This document shows positions 50,705 through 61,187 of a stretch of 64,000 bases of DNA, piece after piece. The DNA is from an uncultured Solirubrobacterales bacterium (GTDB lineage: Bacteria; Actinomycetota; Thermoleophilia; Solirubrobacterales; Solirubrobacteraceae). Both the position numbers and the translations under genes were made by a program. Position 1 is the first letter of the stretch, and the number at the start of each line of letters is the position of its first letter. The stretch is from assembly GCA_963749285.1 (NCBI GenBank), contig CAVVMD010000002.1, positions 1,025,275-1,089,274 on the forward strand, read 5' to 3'. The notes under the pieces were generated by a model. The model did no database searches, had not been told where the DNA came from, and was given only the letters and a program-made list of their open reading frames with translations.

Positions 50705-51175
50705 ATGAGCGTTATCGCCCCGGGCACGCCGACGCCCAGCTTCAGGCTTCAGCGCGAAGACGGCGAGCGGTTCACCGAGAAGGACCTGCGCGGACATACG
50801 ACGATCCTTGTGTTCTATCCGTTCGCGTTCAGCCCGGTGTGCACCGACCAGCTGCAGGTCTATGACAAGGCGCTGGGCGAGCTGACCGCTAATGGCGAGC
50901 GGATCTATGGGGTCTCCTGCGACAGCTCCTACTCGCAGTCCGCGTTTCGCGAGCATCTCGGTGTGAGCATTCCCCAGCTCTCGGACTTCGAGCCCAAGGG
51001 GGCGGCCTGCGCCGCGTTCGGGGTTCTGCACGAGGGCGGATTTCCCCAGCGCGCGCTCGTCATCACCGGACCCGACGGGGTCGTGCGCTTCAGCTATCAG
51101 GCGCCCTCGCCGGCGGAGCTGCCGGGTGTCGAGCTGCTGCGCGAGGGCCTCGCCGCCGCCACGAGCGCCGCCTGA
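50705..51175 (+). CDS. AhpE-like one-Cys peroxiredoxin/redoxin
   Basis: FYPFAFSPVCTDQL, GVSCD, LSDF.PKG and RA.VI. Confidence 0.88.
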   Translation: MSVIAPGTPTPSFRLQREDGERFTEKDLRGHTTILVFYPFAFSPVCTDQLQVYDKALGELTANGERIYGVSCDSSYSQSAFREHLGVSIPQLSDFEPKGAACAAFGVLHEGGFPQRALVITGPDGVVRFSYQAPSPAELPGVELLREGLAAATSAA

Positions 51176-51320
51176 GCGCGAACCCGGCCGAGCGGGCTCG
51201 CGTCCGCTAAGCTTCGCTGGTTCGGAATAAGAGATAAACACGATCCGCCAGGGACGCGCCGGCTCTCCACATGGATGCGCGCGTAGTCCCGACCCGACGG
51301 GCGGAACACAGGAAGGCAGA

Positions 51321-53654
51321 ATGAATATGAGCAGCAACGATGCCGTTACGCGGGTCTCCGTGGAGATTGCCGGCAGCGAGATCTCGTTTGAGACCGGCAG
51401 GATGGCCAAGCAGGCCTCCGGCGCAGTGGTCGTCCGCCAGGGCGACACGATGCTCCTTGCGACAGCCGTCGCGGGCGGCCTGCGCGACGTGGATTTCCTC
51501 CCCCTGACGGTCGACGTCGAGGAGCGCATGTACGCGGCCGGGAAAATTCCCGGCTCGTTCTTCAAGCGCGAGGGTCGCCCCGGCGAGAAGGGGACGCTCA
51601 CCGCGCGCATGATCGACCGTCCGCTGCGCCCACTGTTCCCCAAGGATTGGCGCTATGACACCCAACTCGTGGCGATCCCGCTCTCGATCGATCATGTCCA
51701 CCCCTACGACATCCTCGCCATGAACGGCGCCTCGGCCGCGGTGATGATCTCCGACATTCCGTTCCCGACGCCCGTCGGCGCGGTGCGGATCGGCAAGGTC
51801 GACGGCAACTTCGTCGTCAACCCCAGCGAGGCGGATCTGCTCGCCGACGCCGAGAACGCCTCGGACCTCGATCTGATCGTGGCCGGCACCGAGGACGCCA
51901 TCCTGATGGTCGAGGCGGGCGCCAACGAGATCCCCGAGGCCGAGATCCTCGACGCGCTGGACATCGCCCACGCGGAGATCAAGAAGCTCTGCGCGCTGCA
52001 GCACGAGCTGGCCGCGAAGGTCGGCAAGGAGAAGAAAGCCTTCGAGACGATCGCAGTCGATCCGGCGGTCCTCGATGCGATCCGCTCCTCGCATGGCGTC
52101 GCCCTGGACGATGCCACCCAGGTCGAGGACAAGCTCGAGCGCCAGGAGGCCACCAAGGCGGTCGAGACCGCGATCCTCGAGCAGCACGCTCCACCTGCGG
52201 CGGAGGGCGCATCCGAGGAGCAGCTCGTGGACGCCAAGCAGCGCCGTGCAGCCGTCCAGCTGGCATTCGACGCACTCGAGAAGTCGATCATCCGCGAGCG
52301 CATCGCCGTCCACAAGAAGCGCCCCGACGGTCGCGCCGAGAACGAGATCCGCGACATCTCGATCGAGGTGGGCGTCACGCCGCGCACGCACGGCTCGGCG
52401 CTGTTCACGCGCGGGCAGACGCAGGCGCTGAGCGTCGCGGCGCTGGGCACGCTCAAGGAGGAGATGCGCCTGGACACGCTCGGCCTGGAAACCAAAAAGT
52501 ACTACTGGCACCACTACAACTTCCCGCCGTTCTCGGTCGGAGAAGCGGGCCGCATGGGTGGCGTCAAGCGCCGCGACATTGGCCACGGCGCGCTCGCGGA
52601 GCGGGCGCTCGCGCCGATGGTGCCCTCGATCGAGGAGTTCCCCTACACGATTCGCGTCGTCTCGGACATCCTCGAGTCCAACGGCTCCTCCTCGATGGCC
52701 TCGGTCTGCGGCTCCTCGCTGTCGCTGATGGATGCCGGCGTGCCGATCGAGCGCCCGGTCGCGGGCATCGCGATGGGACTGATCAAGGAGGGCGATGATT
52801 ACATCGTCCTGACGGACATCGCCGGCGTCGAGGATCACCTCGGAGACATGGACTTCAAGGTGGCCGGCACCGAGCGTGGGATCACGGCGCTGCAGATGGA
52901 CATCAAGATCACGGGCGTCACGTTCGACATCCTGCGCGACGCGCTCACGCAGGCGCATAAAGCGCGCACGTTCATCCTCGCCAAGATGGCCGACGTCATT
53001 CACGGCCCGCGCGAGCAGCTGTCCCAGTTCGCACCGCGCATCCAGACGATTCAGATCGACCCGTCGCAGATCGGCTTGCTGATCGGCAAGGGCGGGGAAA
53101 CGATCAGGGGCCTGTCGGATGAGTACGAATCCCAGATCGACGTCAACGACGACGGCCAGGTGCTCGTCTACTCTGCCAACGGCGATCTCGGCGACGCGCT
53201 CGCGGAGCACATTCGGGTGATGATGAAGGAGGTCGAGGTCGGTGACGAGTTTCTCGGCAAAGTCGTCAAGACGACGACGTTCGGGGCGTTCGTGGAGCTG
53301 GCCAAGGGCACGGACGGGCTGCTGCACATCTCCAACGTCTCGCCCGGCGAGCGCGTGGAGTCAGTCGAGGACGTGCTCAACCGCGGCGATGAGATCAACG
53401 TGCGCGTGGTCGAGGTGGACCGCGAGCGCGGTCGCATCGGCCTGCGTCTCGCCGAGGACCCGGAGATCGCCGGGAAGTCCGTCGAGGAGCTCGCGGGCGT
53501 CACCGCCGGGGGCGGTGGCGGCGGTCGGCCCCCGCGCGATGGCGCGCGACGCAACGGTCGTGAGGGCCGTAGTGGTGGCGGGCCCGGTGGACCGCGGCGC
53601 GATGGCGAGCGCGGCTCGGGTCGTCCCCGGCACGGGTCCGGACGCGATCGCTAG
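51321..53654 (+). CDS. pnp: Polyribonucleotide nucleotidyltransferase
   Basis: DFLPLTV, FKREGRP, RTHGSALFTRGQTQ, ESNGSSSMAS, GDMDFKVAG, KH and S1 domains. Confidence 0.98.
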   Translation: MNMSSNDAVTRVSVEIAGSEISFETGRMAKQASGAVVVRQGDTMLLATAVAGGLRDVDFLPLTVDVEERMYAAGKIPGSFFKREGRPGEKGTLTARMIDRPLRPLFPKDWRYDTQLVAIPLSIDHVHPYDILAMNGASAAVMISDIPFPTPVGAVRIGKVDGNFVVNPSEADLLADAENASDLDLIVAGTEDAILMVEAGANEIPEAEILDALDIAHAEIKKLCALQHELAAKVGKEKKAFETIAVDPAVLDAIRSSHGVALDDATQVEDKLERQEATKAVETAILEQHAPPAAEGASEEQLVDAKQRRAAVQLAFDALEKSIIRERIAVHKKRPDGRAENEIRDISIEVGVTPRTHGSALFTRGQTQALSVAALGTLKEEMRLDTLGLETKKYYWHHYNFPPFSVGEAGRMGGVKRRDIGHGALAERALAPMVPSIEEFPYTIRVVSDILESNGSSSMASVCGSSLSLMDAGVPIERPVAGIAMGLIKEGDDYIVLTDIAGVEDHLGDMDFKVAGTERGITALQMDIKITGVTFDILRDALTQAHKARTFILAKMADVIHGPREQLSQFAPRIQTIQIDPSQIGLLIGKGGETIRGLSDEYESQIDVNDDGQVLVYSANGDLGDALAEHIRVMMKEVEVGDEFLGKVVKTTTFGAFVELAKGTDGLLHISNVSPGERVESVEDVLNRGDEINVRVVEVDRERGRIGLRLAEDPEIAGKSVEELAGVTAGGGGGGRPPRDGARRNGREGRSGGGPGGPRRDGERGSGRPRHGSGRDR

Positions 53655-53699
53655 CGGGCGCGCCGCGGTCAGAAGCGTCACCGTGACCGCACGCGGGAG

Positions 53700-55058
53700 A
53701 TGACCGAGCACCGCACAACCACGCTGCGCAACGGCGTGCGGGTGATCACCGAGCGCATTGCCAACGTGCGCTCGGTAGCGCTCGGGTTCTGGATCGGCAC
53801 GGGCTCGGCGATGGAGTCCGACGCGCAGGCGGGGACCAGTCACCTGCTGGAGCACATGCTGTTTCGCGGCACCGAGCGCTATCGCTCGCACGAGATCGAT
53901 GAGATCTTCGACGCGATGGGCGCCGAGGCCAACGCCGGCACCGATCGTGAGACCACCTCGCTGTACACACGGGTGATGGACCGTCACCTGGAGCGGGCAT
54001 TTGACGTCGCCGCGGAGATGATCTGGCGCCCGCGCTTTGAATCGCTGCAGGCCGAGCGCGAGGTCGTGCTCGAGGAGATCGCGATGTACGAGGACGACCC
54101 CCAGGACCGCGTGTTCGACGTGCTCGGCGAGGCCGTGTTCGGCTCACACCCGCTGGGACGCGCGGTGATCGGGACGGCCGCGGTCGTGGGTGCGGTCACG
54201 CACGAGCAGTTGCAGGCCTTCCACGCCGAGCGTTACGCGCCACAGCGGATCGTGATCGCGGCGGCCGGGTCGGTCGATCATGACGCCCTTGTGGAGCTGG
54301 CTCTGGCCGCGAGTCCGGGTGGTAGCGAGACCACGACAGACTCGTCGTCGTCGTCGCAACGGGTCGACGCCGTCGCCGTGGTGGAGGGACGGGCGCAGCC
54401 GAACGGGGCGTCCCCCGGGTCACCTGCGCTCCCGACCCAGCCAGACCCCGTGTTCGAGCGCAGGGTGCGGTTCCTGCGCAAGGACACCGAGCAGTATCAC
54501 GTATGCCTCGGCGGGCGCGGCATCTCCCGCCACGACGAGCGCCGCTTCGCGCTGCGAGTGCTCGAAGGCGTGCTCGGCGGCACGTCCTCCTCGCGCCTGT
54601 TTCAGGAGGTGCGCGAGCGCCGGGGACTGGCCTACTCGGTGTTCAGCTTCTCTGCCCAGCACGCCAGCACCGGCGAGGTCGGGCTGTACGTCGGCACGCG
54701 CCCGGACAATCTGGGAGAGGCGCTGGCGACCATCGCCCAGGAGCTCGAGCGCTTCGTCGAGGACCCCGCCACACCGCAGGAGCTGGAGCGCTCGCGCGAG
54801 AACCTGAAGGGCCGCGTCGCGCTGTCGCTGGAGTCCACCTCCGCGCGCATGAGCCGGCTCGGGTCGGCGCTGCTGGGCGGCGTGCCGATCTACTCGGTCG
54901 ATGAGATCGTCGACCTGATCGACGCGGTCACCGTGGAGGACGTGCGCGGGCTGGCGCGGGAGCTGTTCATGGCAGAGACGCTGTCGATCGCCGGGGTCGG
55001 CGCCGAGGAGGACGCGTTCCGCCGGGCGCTCACGCCGCTGGAGGGTGTGACTGCATGA
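53700..55058 (+). CDS. M16-family zinc peptidase
   Basis: HLLEH inverted zinc motif, NAGT.RE, SSRLFQEVRE..GLAYSV; low-complexity loop near 54310-54440. Confidence 0.95.
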   Translation: MTEHRTTTLRNGVRVITERIANVRSVALGFWIGTGSAMESDAQAGTSHLLEHMLFRGTERYRSHEIDEIFDAMGAEANAGTDRETTSLYTRVMDRHLERAFDVAAEMIWRPRFESLQAEREVVLEEIAMYEDDPQDRVFDVLGEAVFGSHPLGRAVIGTAAVVGAVTHEQLQAFHAERYAPQRIVIAAAGSVDHDALVELALAASPGGSETTTDSSSSSQRVDAVAVVEGRAQPNGASPGSPALPTQPDPVFERRVRFLRKDTEQYHVCLGGRGISRHDERRFALRVLEGVLGGTSSSRLFQEVRERRGLAYSVFSFSAQHASTGEVGLYVGTRPDNLGEALATIAQELERFVEDPATPQELERSRENLKGRVALSLESTSARMSRLGSALLGGVPIYSVDEIVDLIDAVTVEDVRGLARELFMAETLSIAGVGAEEDAFRRALTPLEGVTA

Positions 55059-55732
55059 TCAGGGTGGCCGTCGCCGGGGCCGCGGGACGGATGGGCGCGA
55101 CCGTGTGCGCCGCCGTGGAGGGCGCGCCGGACATGCAGCTTGTCGGGCGCGCGGACCCGCGGTTGGAAATCGCGCTGGACGAGGTGCTTGCAGACGCGGA
55201 GGTGGTGGTCGACTTCACCCAGCCGGATACGGCGCTTGCCAACGCGCTGGCCTGCGTGCGGGCGGGGGTGCACGTCGTGATCGGCACGACCGGGTTTGAC
55301 ATCGAGCCCCTGCTGTCCGCCCGCACGCCCGAGGGCCTGCCCCGGGCCAACGTACTGATCGCCCCGAACTTCGCGATCGGCGCGGTGCTGATGATGCGCT
55401 TTGCCGCACAGGCCGCCGCGCACATGGCCCGCGCGGAGATCGTCGAGCTGCACCACTACGGAAAGCTCGATGCGCCGAGCGGGACGGCGAAGCTCACGGC
55501 GCAGCTGATGGCGGCGGCCAGCGGCGACCCGGAGCCACCGATCCACTCGGTGCGCCTACCCGGGCTGGTCGCTCACCAGGAGGTGATCCTCGGCGACATC
55601 GGCCAGACATTGAGCATCCGTCACGACACGACCGGCCGCGACTCGTTCATGCCGGGCGTGCTGCTCGCGGTGCGCCGGATCGGCGAGCTGCGGGAATCCC
55701 CGGTCGTGGGGCTGGAGTCGTTGCTGTTCTGA
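55055..55732 (+). CDS. dapB: 4-hydroxy-tetrahydrodipicolinate reductase
   Basis: GAAGRMG, VIGTTG, ELHH..KLDAPSGTA. Confidence 0.96.
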   Translation: MIRVAVAGAAGRMGATVCAAVEGAPDMQLVGRADPRLEIALDEVLADAEVVVDFTQPDTALANALACVRAGVHVVIGTTGFDIEPLLSARTPEGLPRANVLIAPNFAIGAVLMMRFAAQAAAHMARAEIVELHHYGKLDAPSGTAKLTAQLMAAASGDPEPPIHSVRLPGLVAHQEVILGDIGQTLSIRHDTTGRDSFMPGVLLAVRRIGELRESPVVGLESLLF

Positions 55733-55894
55733 ACTCGACGGCAGCCAGATCGGCGGGGATGAGATGTCTTTTGCGAGCGCTCCCTGATCGCACACGCGCT
55801 GGGCCGCGGTCACTGCGCGCTTGGCTGCCGCGCGGGGGGTCTCGGCACCTCGACAGCCCGAGCTTGTCCTGAGCTTCGTGAGATACTGCTCGCC

Positions 55895-56791
55895 ATGCCC
55901 GACCTGGACCTAGGCACGATCCTGACCGCGATCGTCACGCCCTTCGGCGCCGATGGGGGCGTCGATGAGGACGCCTTCGTCGCGCTGATGGCCCACCTCG
56001 CCGCGAACGGCTCGGACGGCTTCGTGGTGGCGGCGACCACCGGCGAGGCCGCGACGCTCACCGACGAGGAGCAGCTTGCCCTGATCGAGCTGGCGATCGC
56101 CGAGCGCCCCGCCGGCAAGACGATCGTGGCCGGCGCCGGCGGGAACGACACGCGCCACGCCGTCTTGCTCACCGAACGCGCGACCGCGCTCGGCCCGGAC
56201 GCGATCATCTCCGTGACGCCGTACTACAACCGCCCGAGCCCGCTGGGGCTCAAGCGCCACTATGAAGCCGTCGCCCGCGTCACCGACAGGCCGATCCTGC
56301 TCTACAACATCCCCAGCCGCACGGGCACCAACATCGGGCCCGAGCTGCTCGCCGAGCTCGCGCAGATCGACGGCATCGAGGGGGTCAAGCAGGCGAACGC
56401 CGCTGAGCTGCAGCTGATCGACGGCTTGGCGGTGTATGCGGGCGATGACAGCTCGTTCGCGCGCACGCTGGACATCGGTGGGGCCGGTGGGGTGGCGGTG
56501 GCCAGTCACATCGTCGGCCCCGAGATGCGCCGGATGGTGGACGAGCCCGCGCATCGCGCGGAGATCGACGCCTCTTTGCGCGACGTCTATGAGACCCTGT
56601 TCATGACCGCGAGCCCCACCTGCACCAAGGCCGCACTGAACCTGCTCGGTCTGAACGCCGGCACCACGCGCCTGCCGATCGTCGACGCCACCGCGCAGGA
56701 GACCGCTTTGGTGCGCGCGATGCTCGAGCGTCACGGGTTGCTTGACCCCAGCGCCTCCGCCACGCACGCCGGAGAGGCTTCCGCCGCGTGA
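55895..56791 (+). CDS. dapA: 4-hydroxy-tetrahydrodipicolinate synthase
   Basis: TTGEA.TL, PYYN.P, LYNIPSRT and GVKQA (Schiff-base Lys). Confidence 0.96.
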   Translation: MPDLDLGTILTAIVTPFGADGGVDEDAFVALMAHLAANGSDGFVVAATTGEAATLTDEEQLALIELAIAERPAGKTIVAGAGGNDTRHAVLLTERATALGPDAIISVTPYYNRPSPLGLKRHYEAVARVTDRPILLYNIPSRTGTNIGPELLAELAQIDGIEGVKQANAAELQLIDGLAVYAGDDSSFARTLDIGGAGGVAVASHIVGPEMRRMVDEPAHRAEIDASLRDVYETLFMTASPTCTKAALNLLGLNAGTTRLPIVDATAQETALVRAMLERHGLLDPSASATHAGEASAA

Positions 56792-58458
56792 GCTCCACGT
56801 TGCGCGTCCTGCCCCTAGGCGGTTTGGGGGAGATCGGCAAGAACATGACGGTCGTCGAGCAGGACGACCGCATCGTCGTCGTCGACGTCGGGTTGCGCTT
56901 CCCCACGCCCGAGATGGTCGGGATCGACCTCGTCCTGCCCGACTTCTCCTACCTGCGCGAGCGCGCGCGCGACATCGAGGCGATCGTCGTCACGCACGGG
57001 CACGAGGACCATCTCGGCGCTTTGCCCTGGGTTTTGCGCGAGCTGGCCGTCCATGGCGCCACGCCGCCCGTGTACGGCGGCCCGCTGACGTTGGCGATGG
57101 CCCGCTCCAAGCTCGAGGAGCACAAGCTCAAAGACGTTGAGCTCAACGACGTCTCGCCCGGGGAGGCTTTGGATTTGGGGCCCTTTGAGCTGGAGCTGAT
57201 CCACATGACCCACTCGATCCCCGACGCCTCCGCGGTCGCGCTCGGCACCGAGCTGGGGACCGTTTTGATCACCGGCGACTACAAGTTCGACCAGACGCCC
57301 GTGGACGGGCCGCCCGCGGATGTCTCGCGCCTGGCCGAGCTCGGGCGCGAAGGCGTCCTGCTCCTGTGCGGGGACTCCACGAACGTGGACCGCCCCGGCT
57401 TCTCCCCATCGGAGTCGGGGGTCGGGCCGCACCTGGAGGAGGCCTTCGCACGCTGTGACGGGCGGATCGTCGTCACCAGCTTCGCGTCGAACATCCACCG
57501 CGTGCAGCAGGTCGTGGACGCCGCCGCCGCGCTGGACCGCAAGGTCGCGCTGGTGGGGCGCTCGATGCGCAAGAACGTCGCGATCGGCCGTCAGCTCGGC
57601 CACATCGAGGTGCCCGACGGGATGCTCGTCGGCCCGCGCGAGATCGAAGACTTCCCCGACGAGCGCGTCGTGATCATCTCGACGGGCTCCCAGGGCGAGC
57701 CCTTGAGCGCTTTGCGGCGGATGGCCTACCGCGACCACCCGCAGGTGCAGCTGCGCGGCGGCGACACGGTCGTGTTCTCCGCCACGCCCGTCCCCGGCAA
57801 CGAGCGCGCCGTCAACGAGACGATCGACCGTCTCTACCACATCGGCTGTGACGTCGTCACCCCGGCAGACGCGCCCGTCCACGCGTCAGGACACGGCTAT
57901 GCCGAGGAGGTCAAGCTGATGCTTAACCTTGTTCGCCCGCGCTACGTGATGCCGTTTCATGGCGATTTCAAGCGCCTGCGCCTGCACGCGCAGCTGGCGG
58001 AGGCCGTCGGCGTGGCGCCCGAGGACATCTTCCAGGGGGACAACGGTCTGCCGCTCGACCTCGACACGCGCGGCGCGCGCTTTGGCTCGCGCGAGCAGTC
58101 CGGGATGATCTTCGTCGACGGCGTCGAGATCGGCGACATGGCGGACGTCGCGTTGCGCGACCGGCGGATGCTCTCCGCCGACGGGATCTTCATCGTCGTC
58201 GCCACGATCGCCGAGCAGGACGGGCGCTCGGTGGCCGACCCCGAGGTGATCTTCCGCGGCGTCCCCTTCCTCGATCAGGCCGACGAGCTCGTGGACGAGA
58301 TCCGCGCGACGGTCGAGTCCTCTTTGCGACGGGCGGCCGGGGAGGAGATCCACGAGGTCGATCTGCTCCAGCAGCTTTTGCACGACGATCTGGCGAAGCT
58401 CGTGTACGACCGGCTCAAGCGGCGGCCGATGGTGTTGCCTGTGGTTGTGGAGGTGTAG
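56788..58458 (+). CDS. rnj: Ribonuclease J
   Basis: LGGLGEIGKNM, THGHEDHLG, HSIPD, GDYKFD and HASGH. Confidence 0.97.
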   Translation: MSSTLRVLPLGGLGEIGKNMTVVEQDDRIVVVDVGLRFPTPEMVGIDLVLPDFSYLRERARDIEAIVVTHGHEDHLGALPWVLRELAVHGATPPVYGGPLTLAMARSKLEEHKLKDVELNDVSPGEALDLGPFELELIHMTHSIPDASAVALGTELGTVLITGDYKFDQTPVDGPPADVSRLAELGREGVLLLCGDSTNVDRPGFSPSESGVGPHLEEAFARCDGRIVVTSFASNIHRVQQVVDAAAALDRKVALVGRSMRKNVAIGRQLGHIEVPDGMLVGPREIEDFPDERVVIISTGSQGEPLSALRRMAYRDHPQVQLRGGDTVVFSATPVPGNERAVNETIDRLYHIGCDVVTPADAPVHASGHGYAEEVKLMLNLVRPRYVMPFHGDFKRLRLHAQLAEAVGVAPEDIFQGDNGLPLDLDTRGARFGSREQSGMIFVDGVEIGDMADVALRDRRMLSADGIFIVVATIAEQDGRSVADPEVIFRGVPFLDQADELVDEIRATVESSLRRAAGEEIHEVDLLQQLLHDDLAKLVYDRLKRRPMVLPVVVEV

Positions 58459-58459
58459 G

Positions 58460-58505
58460 GGGCCTTCGGGCGGTACTCCCGGGCCGTTGTCCTCGGTACT
58501 CTCAG
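58460..58505 (+). repeat. Degenerate remnant of the 106-bp element
   Basis: GGGCCTTCG...CGTTGTCCTCGGT...CTCAG matches the 5' half and end of copy 1. Confidence 0.5.
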
Positions 58506-58694
58506 AAGCGGGGCGGAGTCTGGTCGCCTGCCCTGGTTGTGGGTGGTATTGGGGGGATGGTCGTTATAGCTACGTACCCCCTCGTAGTGGCAAAAGAAGC
58601 GCTATTGCTTGCCGGCCGTTCTTGCTGTTGGATTGAGGTTTTGACGATGTTTGCGGCCGGTCGTGCCGACCGGCTACGGGGATAAGATGCGATT

Positions 58695-58718
58695 CTGAGC
58701 GGCCTTCGGGCGGTTCAG
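58695..58718. terminator. UUCG-capped hairpin between convergent rnj and kinase genes
   Basis: CTGAGCGGCC-TTCG-GGCGGTTCAG. Confidence 0.5.
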
Positions 58719-60187
58719 ATGGTTGTCGATGGGGTTACCGGTCGGGATGGGGGTGGGATTCCCTTCGCTGTGGATGGCAGATCTACTACGAACCGCGCGC
58801 CTTGGGGAACCCGATCCGAGAGCGTGACCGAGCCGCCGTGTGACTCCGCTACCGCGCGGACGATCGCGAGACCCAGGCCGAACGAGCCGCCGCGGTCCCC
58901 GGCGCCGCGGACGAAGCGCTCGAACAGGGTGGGAGCCAGCTCGGGAGGCACGCCCGGGCCATCGTCCTCGACTACCAGCTCGGCCAGGCCGTTCACCAGG
59001 CGCGTGCTGACCCGGATCTCGCTCCCGGGCGGGGTGTGGCGCAGCGCGTTCTCGATCAGGTTGATCGTCAGGCGATGCAGCTCGTCGCGCGCCCCCTCGA
59101 CCGGCGCCGGCTGGACGTCCAGCTCGATGTCGTGCGCCTCGCTGACGGGACCCAGCTCGCCGGCTGCCTCGACTACGATCTGGGCGAGATCGCACGGCTC
59201 GTGCGCGACGACGCGCCCCACGTCGGTGCGCGCCAGCAGCAGCAGGTCCGCCACCAGCCGGCGCATGCGCTGGGATGAGCGCAGGGCCGAGCGGGCGGCA
59301 TCGCCCTCTTCTCCCCGCAGCGAGTCGGCCAGCAGCTCGAGGTTCGCGAGCACGCTCGTCAGAGGCGTTCGCAGCTCGTGCGAGGCGTCGGCGACGAACC
59401 TGCGCTGGCGGGCGAGCATCGCCTCGGTCTCGCCACGCGCGGCGTCCAGCTCCCTGAGCATGCCCTCCAGGGTGCGCGCGAGCTCGGCGACCTCGTCGTC
59501 GGCCTCGGGCTGAGGGACGGTGCGAGAGGGGTCGCGGGTGCGCGCGATCTCCGCGGCGGCCCCCGTGAGCTCGGCGATCGGCGCCATTGCGCGCCGGGCG
59601 ATCGCGACCCCGGCGAGCAGGGCCAAGCCGGCCCCGGCGAACACTCCCACGAGCAGGAACAACTCGACGCGCGCGACCGTCGCCTCGGTGTCCGCGTCCG
59701 AGCGCCCGTACTGGATGATGACCCGGCCGATCGGCTCGCCGCTGCCGGCGATGCGGATGATCGCGGAGCGGCTGACCACCCGGTAGTCCGAGATCGTGTG
59801 CGGCGTGTTCGACGGCGAGCCTAGGTTCGGCGCGCTCGAGGGCGCCTGTTCGATCGTGGCTCCGCCGAGTGTGAGCACGCGGATGGCCGCCTCCTGCTCG
59901 GGCGTGACGAGATCCGCGAGCGGCGGTTCGATCGATTCGATCTTGTATGTCGCCGGATCGACCTTGATGTTCAGCTCGGAGGGCAGCTGCTGGGCGGTCG
60001 TTTCGACCTCGCGATTGAAGTCCGAGCGGATGCGGCGCACCGTCAGCGAGCCGATCGCGATCGCGAACGCGCACAGGATCGTGAACGTCAGCAGCGCCGA
60101 GACCCCAGCCAGGCGCGTGCGGATCGGCAGCCGGTCGAATGTCGCCGTCACCCGTTTGAAGAAAGAATCGCCCTCTGAGCGTCTCAT
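58715..60187 (-). CDS. HAMP-domain sensor histidine kinase
   Basis: Two TMs, HAMP, FVADASHELRTPLT (H-box), NLIENA, DDGPG and GLGLAIV; start uncertain. Confidence 0.93.
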   Translation of the reverse strand: MRRSEGDSFFKRVTATFDRLPIRTRLAGVSALLTFTILCAFAIAIGSLTVRRIRSDFNREVETTAQQLPSELNIKVDPATYKIESIEPPLADLVTPEQEAAIRVLTLGGATIEQAPSSAPNLGSPSNTPHTISDYRVVSRSAIIRIAGSGEPIGRVIIQYGRSDADTEATVARVELFLLVGVFAGAGLALLAGVAIARRAMAPIAELTGAAAEIARTRDPSRTVPQPEADDEVAELARTLEGMLRELDAARGETEAMLARQRRFVADASHELRTPLTSVLANLELLADSLRGEEGDAARSALRSSQRMRRLVADLLLLARTDVGRVVAHEPCDLAQIVVEAAGELGPVSEAHDIELDVQPAPVEGARDELHRLTINLIENALRHTPPGSEIRVSTRLVNGLAELVVEDDGPGVPPELAPTLFERFVRGAGDRGGSFGLGLAIVRAVAESHGGSVTLSDRVPQGARFVVDLPSTAKGIPPPSRPVTPSTTI

Positions 60188-60277
60188 GACCAAGCTGGGC
60201 GACGCGGGACGACGAAGGGCGTACAGGTAGTACGTCCGAGGCGGCACGTGGCGATCCAGCGCCGTGTCAGGAGATGC

Positions 60278-60964
60278 TCAGGCGCGGAGGACGTATCCGG
60301 CTCCCCGGATCGTGTGCAGCAGCCGGGGCTCGCCGTCGGCCTCGAGCTTGCGACGCAGGTTCGAGACGAACACCTCGATCGTGTTCGTCGTGGAGAACGG
60401 ATCATACCCCCACACCTCGTCCAGCAGACGCTGGCGCGAGATGACGATGCGCTCGTTGCGCATCAGGTACTCGAGCAGCTCGAACTCGCGCTGGGTGAGG
60501 TCGATCGCGCGCTCGCCCCGGATCACCTCGTGGGTGTCCCCGTTCAACGACAGATCGGCCACACGCAGCGGGGCGGACCCACGCGGTGGGCGACGACGCA
60601 GCAGCGCGCGCATGCGCGCCAGCAGCTCCTGGCGCTCGAACGGCTTGACCAGATAGTCGTCCGCGCCGGCGTCCAAGCCCTCCACGCGCGACTCCAGCGC
60701 GTCGCGGGCGGTGAGGATCAGGATCGGCACGTCGTCCTCGGCCCGCAGGCTGCGCGCGACCTCCAGCCCGTCCAGCCCGGGCAGGCCCAGGTCGAGGATC
60801 ACCAGATCGGGCGCGAACGCGCGCCCATGCTCGAGCGCCGTGGGACCGTCGGGCGCGGCGCGCACCTCGTACCCCTCCATCCTCAGCGAGCGTTGCAGGG
60901 CTTGGGCGATGTCCTCGTCATCCTCGACGACGAGCACTCTTGGGGCGCGGGAGAAGTCATTCAT
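60278..60964 (-). CDS. OmpR-family response regulator (MprA/PrrA-like)
   Basis: LVVEDD, ILDLGLP, LTARD, GADDYLVKPF and TIRGAGY. Confidence 0.96.
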   Translation of the reverse strand: MNDFSRAPRVLVVEDDEDIAQALQRSLRMEGYEVRAAPDGPTALEHGRAFAPDLVILDLGLPGLDGLEVARSLRAEDDVPILILTARDALESRVEGLDAGADDYLVKPFERQELLARMRALLRRRPPRGSAPLRVADLSLNGDTHEVIRGERAIDLTQREFELLEYLMRNERIVISRQRLLDEVWGYDPFSTTNTIEVFVSNLRRKLEADGEPRLLHTIRGAGYVLRA

Positions 60965-61187
60965 CGGAGGAGGCCGTTCATGGGCGGGAAGTCGTTCATG
61001 AGCAGGGTTCTTTATGTAGCGGGATGCGCTAAAGCGATGGTAAGGGTTCGCGCCAGGATAGATGGTGGGGTTCGCCGGGCGGAGCTCAGGGGTTGCACGC
61101 GCGGAGTTGAGCCCGAGGCGCGGGCGATCCCGTGCGCCGTGTCCAGCCGCTAGAGGACCCCACGGGCTGGCGTCGAAGTTGCGCGAG

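Noticed and set aside
58461-58714. 14-bp direct repeat GGCCTTCGGGCGGT, 240 bp apart, as a TSD
   Set aside because: Both copies are GCC-TTCG-GGC tetraloop hairpin cores, and nothing element-like lies between them
60606-60619. 14-bp CATG-centred palindrome in the response regulator
   Set aside because: Isolated, inside coding sequence, made of CG dinucleotide runs; plausible by chance
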